This document shows positions 13,787 through 26,347 of a DNA stretch of 64,000 bases, piece by piece. How positions within the stretch are numbered: the stretch's first letter is position 1; each line of letters begins with the position of its first letter. The translations under genes were made by a program, and so were the position numbers. This DNA comes from Spirogloea muscicola (lineage: Eukaryota), in the NCBI GenBank assembly GCA_009602725.1, contig WELB01000001.1, positions 155,422 to 219,421 of the forward strand, given 5' to 3'. Below the pieces are notes generated by a model. It saw only the letters and a program-made list of their open reading frames with translations. It was not told where the DNA came from and did not search any database.

Positions 13787-13856
13787 TGCCTGAGCAATGT
13801 ATTGGCTTGAATTGGCCTCCCTTTCATTTCATGCGCCCCGCGCGCCTTCTCTCTCT
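13787..13856 (+). mobile_element. Solo 3' end of CRE subfamily B (~70 bp)
   Basis: Near-identical to 31088-31155. Confidence 0.8.
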
Positions 13857-13879
13857 TCTTGATGCCCTCAGGATGCCGG

Positions 13880-15530
13880 ATGAGCTCTTTCGTACTGCCA
13901 CCCCATCGCTTGCTGGGCCTCCCCCCGCCCTGTCTGCTTGGCGTGCTCCAGAGTGAGTGTGGGGAGCGGTCGACGGACCCCGCGGAGCTGGCGGCGCGTA
14001 TCCTCCGCTGCGCCACTGGAGGTGAAAGAACAGCTGCTCACGACCTCCGTGATGCAATGTTCGGCATCTTCCAGGAGGCCGGATACACGGTGGCGATGGA
14101 GAACACTTTCGTTATGCCAATTCTCCAGAGGGCCGACGGACTCCACACGCACCCTAAACACCCTGGCGGGCCTGATGCGCGACGTCGGCTACCGCGCCAC
14201 TGTGGAAGTAATCAATGTAATGCCCATCACCACGGATTCCCAGGGACGCCATAATCGTCGCACCCTGAACATTGTGGGTGTACGACCTGGCGGTGGCCCA
14301 CGCGCCTTGGTGGATGTGGTGGTGACGGAGGCATACAAGAGTTCCGCTTCGACGCACACTGCTGGCCAGGCAGTGGGAGGTGCTCAGCAGAGAAGCTCCG
14401 ACACTACTCTGACTACCCCCGCAGCGATCACCTCCTACCGGCAGCAATTGACACACGTTGGCTGCATGGGCCCTCGCTATCACACCTTACTGCAGACTAT
14501 TGCAAGCTTGGGATACGCTCGACGTGAATATTTGCTTGTAGCTCAGATGAGCATGCCGGCAGCCTACTTGTCATTCTTGCGTTGTCGAGTGTCAGCTTGT
14601 CTGAAATTTGGTCAAGCCTTAGCTGGTAGCTTAAGAGCTTGTCGATTGCCGTCCGGTATTCGGGCATCAGTTAGTGACCTCTATGTGCTGACTCGTGGTT
14701 ACGGAGCGGGTCAGCTTAGCAGCAGGTAACGTACATTTGTCAATGTGCTTGTCTTCGTATTTGGCCCCACATGGCCCTCCATCTCTTAACACACGCATTT
14801 TACCGTGTCGACCTGGTGGCGTCCACGACGGCGCGCGCATCATCGCTGACGTGGTCACCGCTGATGTGGTCGACCGCTCCAACCCGGGGCTCTCTGCCTC
14901 GCGGGCTGGCCATGCTGCAGCGAAGGCTGCTCGCAGCAAGGCGGCCAAACACGCCGACCACCCTGCTGCAGATGAGTTCGTCCCCCTGGCTGTGGCCGTG
15001 AACGGGGCTCTCGGGTCCCAGTGGCTCGACCTGCTGGCCAGGCTTGCCGCGGCGCGCTGTGTCCCGCAGGCGCGGTGAGCCGGCCGACGTCGATGCCGCT
15101 GGCTTGTGGGCCCAAGTCTTTTCTTATGCGATTGTCGGTCTCTCTTCAGCGGTCCATGGCCCAGGCCTTGCATCTGCGGGCTGGTCGTGCTCTCGCTGCG
15201 GCCTCCGGCTTTCGTCAAGAGAGAGAAGGCGCGCGGTGCGCATGAAATTAAAGCGAGGCCAATTCAAGCCATTACATTGTTCAGGCAGAAAATGCAGAAA
15301 GTGCAAAGAAGGGGATTGTTTTCCGGCAGCAAGTCTGTCGGATTTGAGGCTCCTCACTCGTGACTACTGGGTGGTCCATCCTCCCCCCGTACTACAATAG
15401 CTTCTTCAGGCCCCTTCTTCTTGCCCCTTCGTAGCTGCTAAGCGCTTTTGGCCCCTTCGAACCGTCGTCAATTCTTTTCGGACTAGCTTTTCACAGCCCT
15501 TGCCCCCATTGGGAGTGCCACTTCTTTTCT
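13880..15530 (+). mobile_element. CRE-like subfamily C fragment (Zn knuckle plus endonuclease) carrying two nested insertions
   Basis: LLGLPPPCL..ECG...ILRCATGGERTAAHDLRDA...LHTH | RVDLV...IIADVVTAD...AARSKAAKHADHPAADEFVPLAV..G...LSVSLQRSMAQALH...SLSDLRLLTRDY; frameshifts. Confidence 0.8.
14153..14800 (+). mobile_element. 5'-truncated CRE subfamily A copy nested in the subfamily C element
   Basis: LAGLMRDVGYRATVEV...ALVDVVVTEAYK...SDLYVLTRGY, very similar to 32870-33444, plus the A-type 3' UTR. Confidence 0.85.
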
Positions 15531-15676
15531 TCTACCACTTCTTTTCTTCTCACAGCCATGGACCGTAAGCTGGAAGAGCTGTAGTTCTCAGCAGTTCTCA
15601 GCAGAGCTCTCACTTCTCAGCTCAGCAGACACGAGTTTGGGGACTCGCCTCGCCCCCAACACTCGCTGCGCCGCGA

Positions 15677-18600
15677 TGGCCGCCAAGGGGCCGCCGCCGC
15701 CGCCGCCGCCGCCGGTGTCGGCGGAAGCGGCGGCGCCAGCCGCCCCGGCGGTGCGGATCTACGCCCCGCGAGGCGGCGTGCTCCCGGCCTTCTGGCGAGG
15801 TTTGCCGGTGACAGTGAACACCGCGGCCTCCGGAGGTCGCCTTCTTCCAGAACCCAAACCCATGTTGCGGGCCCGGCCTTACTGCTGCCCCACTGCGCCG
15901 CGCCTCCTCCCCCTCTGGCCGCGGCCGCCATGGCGGCGCAGACAAGCACGAGCACGACGCGGCGCGCAACTGGGACCTCTTCTACCGCCGCAATGCCGCC
16001 AATGTGAGTGGGGTTTAGGGTTTAGGCTCAAGCCCGCCCCCCCTCCTTGCCTCCCTCCCGGCCACCTTCTGCCTCATGCCCTCCTCTCGGCTGCTGTGCA
16101 GCTCTGCGGGGAGCTCCGCCTAGAGGCAGCTGACCGACTCGCCGGGCCTGCCTGCCTGCCCACCTGCCCCTGGCGGTGCAGTTCTTCAAGGATCGCCACT
16201 ACCTGCACCACGAGTGGGGCCAGTACCTGCTCGCCGCCGAGGTACGCCGAGTCCCGCGAGCAGCGACGGCGGCTTTGCAATCCGAAGCTCTCTCGGAGCA
16301 GTCACGAGAGCTCAGGCTTGAGGGCTCAGTGATTGGGAAGTAGGGTTTGGGTTAGGCGGATTGCCTTGACCTGTGAAGTACAAGAATTCAGCCTATTTGC
16401 AGGAGAGTGCAGTGTAGGCCTTTAAATTGGACTCGAGGTGTGAGGTTCTAGGTCATAAACCCCTACTTCTTCTGACCCTAGACTGCTATCCTGTCTGATC
16501 TATCACATCTGAGGTGTTTGAACTCTGCATGGGCTCTCAGATCAGGGGTCACGGTCCAGTATAAAGGCTGGCATACTAGCATCATAAGAAAGCAATCTGT
16601 TAATTACTGCATGTTTTACAGGGGCTCCCTCATGATGTTGGACATGAAGCTCAGCACGTTGGCAAGTGCAGACTCTGGTGCTGGGGCATTGACCGACAGC
16701 CGCCTTGGTTGGCTGCTTGATGCAGGTCGGAGGAGACAGCACAGCCCCTGGGCTTGTGATTCTCGAGGCATGTCCGACCAAGCCCCAAGACCACAAGCAG
16801 AAGCTATTGTTGATGCTGCCCTCAAGGCGGTTGGAAGTCTGCTGCTTTGCACAGCTTGCTGTCTAGACCCTGTAACACTGCTCATACAGGATCCTGCCAC
16901 GCTCCACTTGCTGACGTTGTGGTTGCTTTGATTACCAGCTGCTAGCTTTGATGCTTTTGCCTTTGCCCGTATGCAATTGCCTGGCGTTGGTTGCAGCTTG
17001 GCTGCGGCGCGGGGAATACTGTGTATCCTCTCCTCGCTGCCAACAAGGAGGCCTTTGTCTACGCAACTGATTTCTCACCCAGAGCGGTTGAGCTTGTGAA
17101 GGTGAGCACATCTTACTGGTGCATGCCAATTTGTGAATCTGACTTAAGCCAAAGTTTTGAAGGGGAATCAGCCAACGGAGCGTCCACCAAGAAGAAGCAT
17201 CTGCTCATTGTCTACTGCCTGCGCTTCTGAACGCTCTTTTGTAGTGCGTGGACAGGCTCATGCAGAATACAGTGGAAGGAGGATCAAGACGTTTGTGAGT
17301 GATATCTCTGTTGACGATCTGGTGGAGAATGTGCCGGCAGCATCGGTGGATGTTGCAATGATGGCACGTGCCTGCCCTTCGCCGTCATGGCTGTCATTGA
17401 CAAGTGCTGCTTGTGAGGTTGTCAAGCGCGAACAGCAGGCAGTCATTGACAGAGCAGCTACTGGGAAAGTATCTGATGTGTGGTCTCATGCTGCCGGTTC
17501 TCCTGGTCGCTTGGCCCTGGCAGATATTTGTGCTGTCAGCAATATCGCCTACTAAGATGCATGCGGTGCTTTGCAACATCGCCAAGGTCTTGAAGGTGAA
17601 TGACATACATTCCACTGGTCGGTCTTACACCATGCCATTCTCCTGCCTGCTTCTACTCTGCACTGTCTGTATTTTGTTTGTTAATTTGTTGGTTTCCTGA
17701 AGTCTCACCTGTGCAACCATGCATGGTGCCTCTTCTTGCTGGCAGCCAGGTGGTCGTGTGCTGCTGAGGGATTACGCAGCTGGAGATCTTGCTCAGGTAC
17801 CCTGCCTTGCTAATGAGGTGGGTCTTGTCAAAAGCTGACAAGACCCACCACCTTGCGACCTTATTGCTTGGGCATGTTGCCTGCCCCACATAGCTGCAGA
17901 AGGCCGCTCAGACCTACTAATACAGTCAACCCTGTCTGAGGTCATAAGGTCGGTAAGGGAGGTTTGTATAACGATAAACAGGATAACGGTAGTGGGAATC
18001 ACGTGACATCACGTGCCCTTATAAACACCTGGTCCCTGGTGCCGCGGTGCGAGAGGTGTCGTCTGCGTGTCCGGGATGCGCTCACCATGGATGAGCTCTT
18101 GGAGCCCGACATTGAGCTTCAAGGATTTCACGTCGACATTGACATTGAGAACGACGCCGAGCCGGTCCAGACGGTGGACGAGCTGGCGCAGGCCGACACG
18201 GACACACTGGCGCTTCCTTTGGAGGAACGCCTTGCGCTCTCCGAGCTGTCGCCAACATGCTTGATGTGTCGGGTGCGAAGCAAGCATCGGCGCTCGCCGT
18301 CATCCGTGGCCTTCAACATGACACCCGCGTTGAGCAAGTGCAGCGGCTCAAGCAGACATCCATTACCGCCTTCTTCGAGTCGTCATGACGGATTGCTTAT
18401 GCCAGAGTCCTGTTCAAGGCGGCGGCAACCAGACGGCCACGTTAAAATTATTAATGCGCACTTCATCATAGGGCCATGGACTACACACAATCTTTTCAAG
18501 TCACTACGTATAGTCCACTTATGCTGGTCGCGGGTCGGATGGTTGGTCGCACGGTCCGTCCATGGGTATAAGCTTATATTTGAGGAAAACATATAAAGTA

Positions 18601-20598
18601 TGGAAGTATAGAGGATTACAACCTTAAAACTATAAACCTAGTCGGTTTGCCAGAATTCGATACGTTTTATAGGATATAAGCTAATGGAGGATAAGCTTAG
18701 ACAGGGTTGACTGTACAGATATCTGATCTTTGTTGGTTTCTATCTGATGGTTGCAGGAGAGGCTTATGGCCAAGGAGCAGAAGATCAGCGACAATTTTTT
18801 TGCAAGAGGGGATGGCACGGTCGGTCACTGTTGGAGTTTTGCAGCTTGTGCTTAAGTGACCTCATAAGATTGCACGGAACTTAATGACCAGGAATTGGGT
18901 GGCCACGAAATGCTGGAATGCTGCTTTGAAAATCTGATACGTCAAGTCAATGCTTTGTTCTGGGCCGGTGTGCTGACGGGCTGGGTTTGTTGACATGTAT
19001 TGCTGTACAGCTTGTCTACTACTTCACTGAAGCCTACCTTAGGGACCTCTTCTCCACAGCTGCATTTGAATGCGAGCACATGAAAATCCATAGCAGAGAA
19101 ATTGCAAACCGGGCACGCCAGCTAGTGATGAGTAGGTGTGACTTGCTCAGCCATTCTCCCCTCTCTGCAACTTGCAATCATGGTGTACAGGCATGTCGAT
19201 CTTCAACGTATCTCGGACTCTGACACAGAACTTTCAAGTCTTCCGTGTGAAAATTTGATTGCTCAGCATGACTTGATGTAGCTCTTGGCTGCTCCACCTC
19301 CTTCAGGCGCTGGATTCAAGGCACATTCGCACTGAGGACAAACTTCTCAGCTCAGTCAGGCTTTGCATTGGCTGCCTCTGGCAGTGAGGCATCGACTGTC
19401 AAGGTGAAGCAAGAGCAGTCCCGTATTCAACCCAACTGTCTTCTTGGAAGAGCTGTTTGTTGCAGAAAGTGATGGAACATTGGTGCTCTGAGAAAGTTGT
19501 GCAGGGTGGTAGTCACTCAAGTAACAGTGTAGATGCCACATGTGCGCAGGATGTATGTGCTGATAAGGGCAAGAAGCCATATACCTAGAGGACCTGCCTT
19601 TACTCAGAGACTTTTATGCTGAGCAACTCGAGTACGTGGTAAGGGGTGGACAAAATGGGCCACACGATGTTTAGGATTGCTATGGAAACCCGAGCAACTA
19701 TGTTTGACCGTGACTGCATCTTGTCGCCATGCACTAGCCAGATTTTGCTGGGCTGCATGTTGGCTTGGTCAGTGAGGCATGCCTTGTTGTGTACACATCT
19801 ATAGAGCGGGAGTGCGTTGGAGAAACTGACATTCCGGATATGGGAACGTGGCACTTGCTGTAAGGTGCAGATTCAAGAGGTTAAAGTTGGCAGGCACCGT
19901 GCTTGTCATCAAGGCCCTCTCGCAGGAGTACCAGCATGTGCAAGACAGCGCGGAGCTCCCTCATCTGGGACTCCTCGAAGGCCCTGGCAGAGCTCCTGGC
20001 TGCCAGACCGCAGCTCTTTGCGGACAAGGCTGTGCTTGAGCTCGGATGCGGGGCTGCTGCACTTCCCTCGCTTGTTGCTGCAGCTGGAGGCGCACGAGTT
20101 GTCGTAGCCACGGACGGGGATCCAAGCATTCTGGTCTTGCTCGAAGAGAACATAAGAGCCAACAACATGCGCCAGAAGGTCCTGTATCAGCAGCTGCAGG
20201 GGGGAGATGCAAAGGACGTCCTGCAAACGAAGGAGGTCAACGGTGGTGAGCCGTTCGACGTGGTGTTTGGCAGCGACGGAATGTACATCAAGGAAGCTGT
20301 GCCGCTGATGGTTGAGACTGCCAGTGCACTTTTGCCCCAACCTCAGGACAGTCGGAACGCAGGTTACTTGCTACTTTGCCACATGAAAAGGAGAGTTTCT
20401 GAGTCGGAGATCCTGGAGGCAGCACAAGCATATGGCTTTCAGCTCCTCCAGGAGGACCCGAGCTTGACACTGAGTGTTGAAGGGAATGGGGCAGCAGACT
20501 CTGTGGCAAGTCTATCAACCTTGTCAGAAACATGGCAAAGTGGGCCGTTGAGGATACTCCCATTCATGCGAAGAACGCAAATAGCAGATGATTCTTGA
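15677..20598 (+). CDS. Two-domain SAM methyltransferase: N-terminal TRM140/METTL2/6-like tRNA m3C domain plus C-terminal Methyltransf_16-like domain; linker appears disrupted
   Basis: RIYAPRGGVLPAFWR-DKHEHDAARNWDLFY-FFKDRHYL-LGCGAGNTVYPLL-IFVLSAI-GGRVLLRDY-RGDGT-RWIQGTF; then LIWDSSKALA...VLELGCG...VVATDGD...FDVVFGSD; architecture as recalled for Arabidopsis AT2G26200. Confidence 0.88.
17923..18713. mobile_element. Non-autonomous Tc1/mariner/pogo-like DNA transposon (~790 bp) in an intron
   Basis: TIRs CAGTCAACCCTGTCTGAG / CTTAGACAGGGTTGACTG (17 of 18 match), TA on both sides (17921-22, 18714-15). Confidence 0.85.
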
Positions 20599-21699
20599 CA
20601 GTCGTGCACAGTCAGATTGTTCAGATGGAAACATTTTGTTCGAGTGCTGCACTAGGGTTGCCCCTGTCGATGCAGTCTGGTGTGTGCTACATCCCGATAA
20701 TGACAAGTATCGTAGCCAAAGCACGGATCCTAAAAATACTGCAGGAGGCTGCACAAGGCGGTAGTACCTCCAGCAGCAGCGATGGTGTGTGGCTTGATAG
20801 CAGCCCGTCACGCGAGCTACTTCTCAGTGACCACGGTCGGTGGTGAGACGTGTCAGGAGGACGAGGACGCTTTCAGATGTCAAGGGCACAAGTCGGCAAA
20901 GGAATGGAGGCGGTAGAGAAGACTTGTGCTACATAGAGACAAGAGCTGACATCGAACCAGGCTTGGCACAGGGAGACCTCGAAGGGAGGTGACTAAGACC
21001 TTGTACACGCCTTTGGGCTGGCCTCGCACAGCCAGTACCTTACTTTGGGAAGCGCTCGTCCCTGGAAACGGAGGTGGTCTGGCCGGTCTTCGAGACGGTG
21101 TAGCCGGGGTCAGGGTTGGGGGTACATGGCAGAGGCCGGAGCAGAGGAGGGAGGAAGGCGGCCAGCCCGGCCGGCGGGAAGAGGGAGGGAGTGGGCGAGC
21201 AGGGTAAACTCCGCGCCGCGTGGCGCGGCGCACGGGCGGGGCTTTGGACGGACAAGATGGGCCGCCGTCCGACGGCACCGATGCGCCGCATCGAGACCGT
21301 GCGTGGGCTCCATCGGACGGCTTGAGCGGCAGGAGCCCGCGCCTCCTCCCGGCCCGTTGGCGCGAACGGGCCGCGGGGTGGGGGTTGTGCCTAGCCGTTG
21401 AAGCGCGGGGTTGCCCACGCGGGAAGTCAAATGCCTCCCGGGATGGGAGCTGGGGGGGTTGGTTCGAACGAGGGGCCGCGCCTGGAGGCGCTCTGAGGCC
21501 GTCTTTGGCCACGTTCAGCGGAGCTGGAGTGCCTCGAAGCAGTCGGGCACGTGCAAGCAACGAAGCCCCCGAGGGGGGGTCAGGGGCCCCGATTTACGTT
21601 TTTGACGCGCACGGGCAACTGCCCGGACCCCCGGCGCCGGTCGCCTGTCAATCGCCCCCGCCTCAGGAGTTACCCCCTCCCTCCCTAGTCGCCCCCCCC

Positions 21700-21923
21700 N
21701 NNNNNNNNNNNNNNNNNNNNNNNNNNNNNNNNNNNNNNNNNNNNNNNNNNNNNNNNNNNNNNNNNNNNNNNNNNNNNNNNNNNNNNNNNNNNNNNNNNNN
21801 NNNNNNNNNNNNNNNNNNNNNNNNNNNNNNNNNNNNNNNNNNNNNNNNNNNNNNNNNNNNNNNNNNNNNNNNNNNNNNNNNNNNNNNNNNNNNNNNNNNN
21901 NNNNNNNNNNNNNNNNNNNNNNN
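21700..21923. other. Assembly gap (N run)
   Basis: Run of n. Confidence 0.99.
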
Positions 21924-22197
21924 CCCTCCCCCAGCGTCCAGCCACCCCTTCCGCACGCCTCTTCACATCTCCCCCCCCCCCTCTGCTTTCGGACCCCCCT
22001 CCCATACTCCACCTCCTCCGCCCCTTGGACGCTGCCGCCTTTCTATCTTGCGGGCGCTGCACCGACAGTGCGCAGCCCAGCGGCAGGCGGCGGCCAGCGC
22101 CCGGTGCCTGCTAGCAGCAAGGCGCCGGTCAGCCTGCCGGTCGCTGCTGCTCGAGGCCTGCAGCTCGGCAGGCGCAACTCGCCTGCTGCCTGTCGCC

Positions 22198-23726
22198 ATG
22201 GAGAAGCTCGCCACGGCGTGCGCCCTCTTGTGCCTCCTGCTCGTTGATGAGCCGGCTCGGCCTGCTCCTTTTCACTTCCAACGCCAAGCCAGCTGGCAAC
22301 GCGTTCACCAGAAGCACTGGTCGTGCATTTGCGATCTCGGGCAGCACGCCTGACGTAGCCGCTTCGCCTTGGCTTGGCGGCGCCTCTGTGGCGGTGGCGA
22401 TGACTGCGGCGGTGCCCCTTGCAGGCAATTGGGCGACGGCAGCGTCAGCACTCCAGTACGGCCCGAGAACGCGCGGCCACCTCCAGGTAGCCCTCACACC
22501 TGTCCTTCTGGGCTGTCACCATGCCCGCCCTCTGCGATGACAAGCCCAGTGCAAGCAAGGAGCTTCAGCGCCGCACACCTGGGAGGAGCACTGGGCCACC
22601 GTTGTTACTGTGGCAGGCAGCCACAGCCGGAATTAGCCGCTTGCATACAGGTGGCACAGCCACAGCATGTCGATAGGACACCTGGAATTCCGGGCCAGCG
22701 CTGGCTCCACTTGGCCCCTGCGGTGCAACTTGCGAGGCTGCCCATGCGCCATGTGCACGTCAGGCCCGAGCTTCAGCACTCATCTGAGGTGGGAGAACTG
22801 CTGGTTGTGCGAGCAGGACTGGCAGCTGGACGACGAGGGTGGTGCCGACCTTGACGTGGAGTTGGAGCGGCGCTTGCTGGCCGACGGTGGCCAGGACCCA
22901 TACTCCGGTGGTGAGCCGCCCGTAACCACGCCTCCCTGCCTGCAGACTTCCTCTCGGCAAGCTCAGCTTCCAGGCTAGGCCTTGATGGTCGTCTGTCATG
23001 CGGCGGCCGCGAGCCCGTGCTCGCGAGAGTGCACAGCTGTTCGAGCAGCGCACAGCATGGTCAGGTGCTCTTTGCATGGCCGCTGCTGCCAGAGTTGCAG
23101 CCTGGCCCGGCGCCCGAGATGCCGGCAGCTGGCAAGGCAGCACAGAAGCTGGTGCCAGCATAGGCTCTGGAGCATGTTGTCCCATGGAGCCGCTGGTGTG
23201 TCCCGTTCGTCCGTCCGCTGCTAACGCCAGGTGTTCCGGCCGTGCCCCTCGACGTGCAGCCGTGCAGATCCTGTCAGTGGCGACGATGCCAAAGACGCCG
23301 CAGCCGATGCAGCCTTACGTGGTGAGCGTGGACTTGGCTGGAGCACAGCCCGGCCACCGCGTTGTGCTGCACATCAAGGGCTCCGATGGATTCCTCGTCA
23401 CGTTCACCGCCTGCCAGGTGAGAACCCTTTGATTCCATGTCATTCCTCTTTAATTTTTCTGACACACAAGCTGTGGACATGTTGTACATAGTGTCCCCAG
23501 GTTGTCGTTGTAGGTCGCGACTGACGAGCCTGCTGTTGATTCACATGTTGCCAACCAATGCCAGGTGACTGCAAGCAAGTTCCCAGGCGGGAGAGGCAAG
23601 TGTGTGCAGCGCATTCCGGGCAACCCAGTCGTGAGCAAGAAGGACTTTGACTACCTCGTCGTGGAGGTGCAAGCAGCGAGCACCACTCAAGTCCTTGCTT
23701 CCCACTCCATGACCGTCAACGGCTGA
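22198..23726 (+). CDS. Hypothetical secreted protein, multi-exon, possibly damaged
   Basis: Signal-like MEKLATACALLCLLL; exons ...ELERRLLADGGQDPYSG / ILSVATMPKTPQPMQPYVVSVDLAG...HIKGSDGF / ...GKCVQRIPGNPVVSKKDFDYLVVEVQ...VNG* with GT-AG ends. Confidence 0.5.
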
Positions 23727-24308
23727 GTGGGCACGCAAGGCCCAAGTGCTGCTGGTGACACTCTCAGGAGCTGTACCAGCTGCGGATCTGCTTGGCTCGA
23801 CTCCTGCAGTAGCTGCCACTGCCCCGGAGAACGGAGGCTTGCGTCTTCGCACTACTGGTGACCGTCAGGATGAAGCTCCCCTTACTTGGTGGCCCTGTCA
23901 ACTTTGGACTGCTGCTGAGGGCTGCCTTCACTGAGTGCCTCCATGTTGCGCAGACTGCCTGAAACTAGCCTCGCAAGTCCACCATTTGGCTAGGTTGGCT
24001 GAGCTTAATTAGCTGGTGATTCTTTGTGGTCAGATGTACAGGCATGCTGTAGTCCATCCATGTAGCTAGAGCACAGCACCATTTTGCAGCGGCTCACCCT
24101 TCCCCACCTTCTTACTCTGCTTGTCTTTTGTGACGCTCTTAGATACCTTCCACTTACCTCAATCAAATTCTTTCATTATTAATAGTGCCATTTCTGAAGC
24201 ATACTGAGAGCCCTGGCAAGTAGGAAAATTGTTTTACCTGGCAAGGAGGAAATCTATCAAAACTCAAAGGAAGCTATTCAATTAGAATGCTTAGTCAGAA
24301 AGTGACTT

Positions 24309-26347
24309 TCACGCTCTAGAGGCTTGTCCAGAGTAGAACCCCAGCTGGGCCATCAGCTCCTCAAGTCGCTGCTTGTCCGTGAGGTACAGGTAGCCAACTG
24401 CAACCCCACATACGAGCCCATATCCAATCCTGGGATTCTGTCAGCCACTGTAAGTAGTCAAGGGTGGAGCATGATGACAATGCCTCAGCATATCCCTTTG
24501 CTTTTTTGTAAGGGAGCACATGCTGCTGTTCAGAAAGTGGACTGACTTGTCGGGCTTCATTCCACGCATTATTGCTGTAGGCCAAGGAAGGAAGCAACTA
24601 TGCCTATGTGCGCCACCAGTCTACGTCGCGACAGCACTCACAAGCGTCTCCAAGGAGGTCGCACTGCTATAAACAGCAGATCCAGCACGGCCTTTGGCTC
24701 GCCGCTGCCCTGTTGTGACATTCCGACCCCAACGGAGAACATCCCTGCGGTTCACAGTCCACATGCTGAGCAATATTATTGCGTCATAAGCCCGTGTAGC
24801 ACTCAGCTAAGTATGTCCTTGCCAATCCGTGTAACTGCTTCAGAGCAGGCCTTGTCATACACAAGCAAGCTGCAGTCTGCTTTTTCCGAGCTTTGTGAGT
24901 CCTTATTTGAGAAGCTTAGCACAGGCTGCCAGCAGGGGGTGCCAACGACGTTGTACCTCTCGCCCTCTGTCAGGAAGTCGTCCTCCAGAAGTGCACATAG
25001 CAGCGAGTGCTGCAACTTGTAGCAACACATGCAGGCATTGACGAGTGGCAACAGTGCAGGCATTAAGAGGATAATGGTTGGCTCGTGTTTTGAGTTCAAG
25101 AACGTAATTCAAGTGCATGAAGCAGGACCGCAGGAACAACATGGGCGGTTGGAGGTGAGGCAGACACACCTGAGCTTCGCAGCAGACGACGGCTGTTACT
25201 CGGTCGCTGTATGCCTCTATCCGCTGCGGAGCAAAGAAGTGGAGCCGTGCGTAGAGCTGCAGAAAGTTTGCAAAGCAAGAGCATCTGAAGCCTTCTGCTG
25301 TGTCGGTCGAAGCTGCCTCTGGCACCTCAGACCAGTGCTCAATCCTCAGCAAGAGCTCTCAAGTATGAGACTTAGACTTTACAAATCAGGGATCTAGGTA
25401 AGATGTGCCGGTGCTGAGTGGAGTTACCTCGTAGAGGGCATCTCCAAGGTATGCCAGCGACGCTGCGTTATGGACTGATCGGGGATTGGCCACGGCGGGC
25501 GCCGCCGGCAGCCATGGTTCCCTAAGCTCCAGATTTGCATCTCCTGGCAGCACGAGAGCCACATGCTGGCGGTCATTCATGCACAGGCCATTGCAGCTAC
25601 TGCTGCTATTACCAAGCAAACGCTGCATGCCAAGCGTCGGCTATTCGTATGAGGCTGTCAAATACTGCCAATTCTTCCATGAGACGTTCAGTACAAGAAT
25701 CCAATTGGATGAGGCAGGCTGTGGCCTCCAGGCAAGCGCAGCTGAGCAGCCAAGGACCAAGGACGGGCCTGGGCAGCGCCGTACCTTGCGCTGCAGCATC
25801 ACCGGACGGTCGCTGACGGAGGAGAGCACAGGCGTCGACGAGCGGTCGACGCCGCCGCCTATGGGGGTGCCCAATTGGGCCGACAAGCGCCGCCAGGCCC
25901 TCCGCATTCGCAGCTGCAACGCCGACTGCAAACCCGCCACAAAGGTGCGGCGGCACCGTCCAGGCCACCTCCAAATCCTCAGAGCCAGCAGCTGCTCTTA
26001 GGATCGAGAAGATTGCTGCTGATGTTACAGCTGCGGCTGTGAAAGCCAGCCAAGTGCATACAGAGGGTGTTCATGACTATGTCAGCGGAGCCACAGGCCA
26101 ATATTGAGGGGAGAAGCGGACCCTGAGCCGGCGCGTGAGCAGCAGCGGGAGCTCCGCCGGCGCCGTCTTGCAGCGCTTCCGCGCCGTCGCCGCCGTCGCG
26201 CCGTGCGGCGTCAGCGGCGGCGGGCCACGGCCAGGCGCGGGGCAGCGCTGCCTTCGCCTTGGACTGCCGCCGCTGAGCTGGCGACCTTCGGCAGGGCCCC
26301 GGGAGGCCCAGCGGAGACGCTGGCGTCGGTGGCGCGATGGCGGCCAT
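24309..26347 (-). CDS. Mini-ribonuclease III (RNC3/RNC4-like, probably plastid); first exon tentative
   Basis: EPWLP..NPRSVHNAASLAYLGDALYE-LYARLHF...VVCCEAQ-FLTEGER-DVLRWGRN...AVYSSATSLETL-VGYLYLTDKQRLEELM. Confidence 0.9.
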
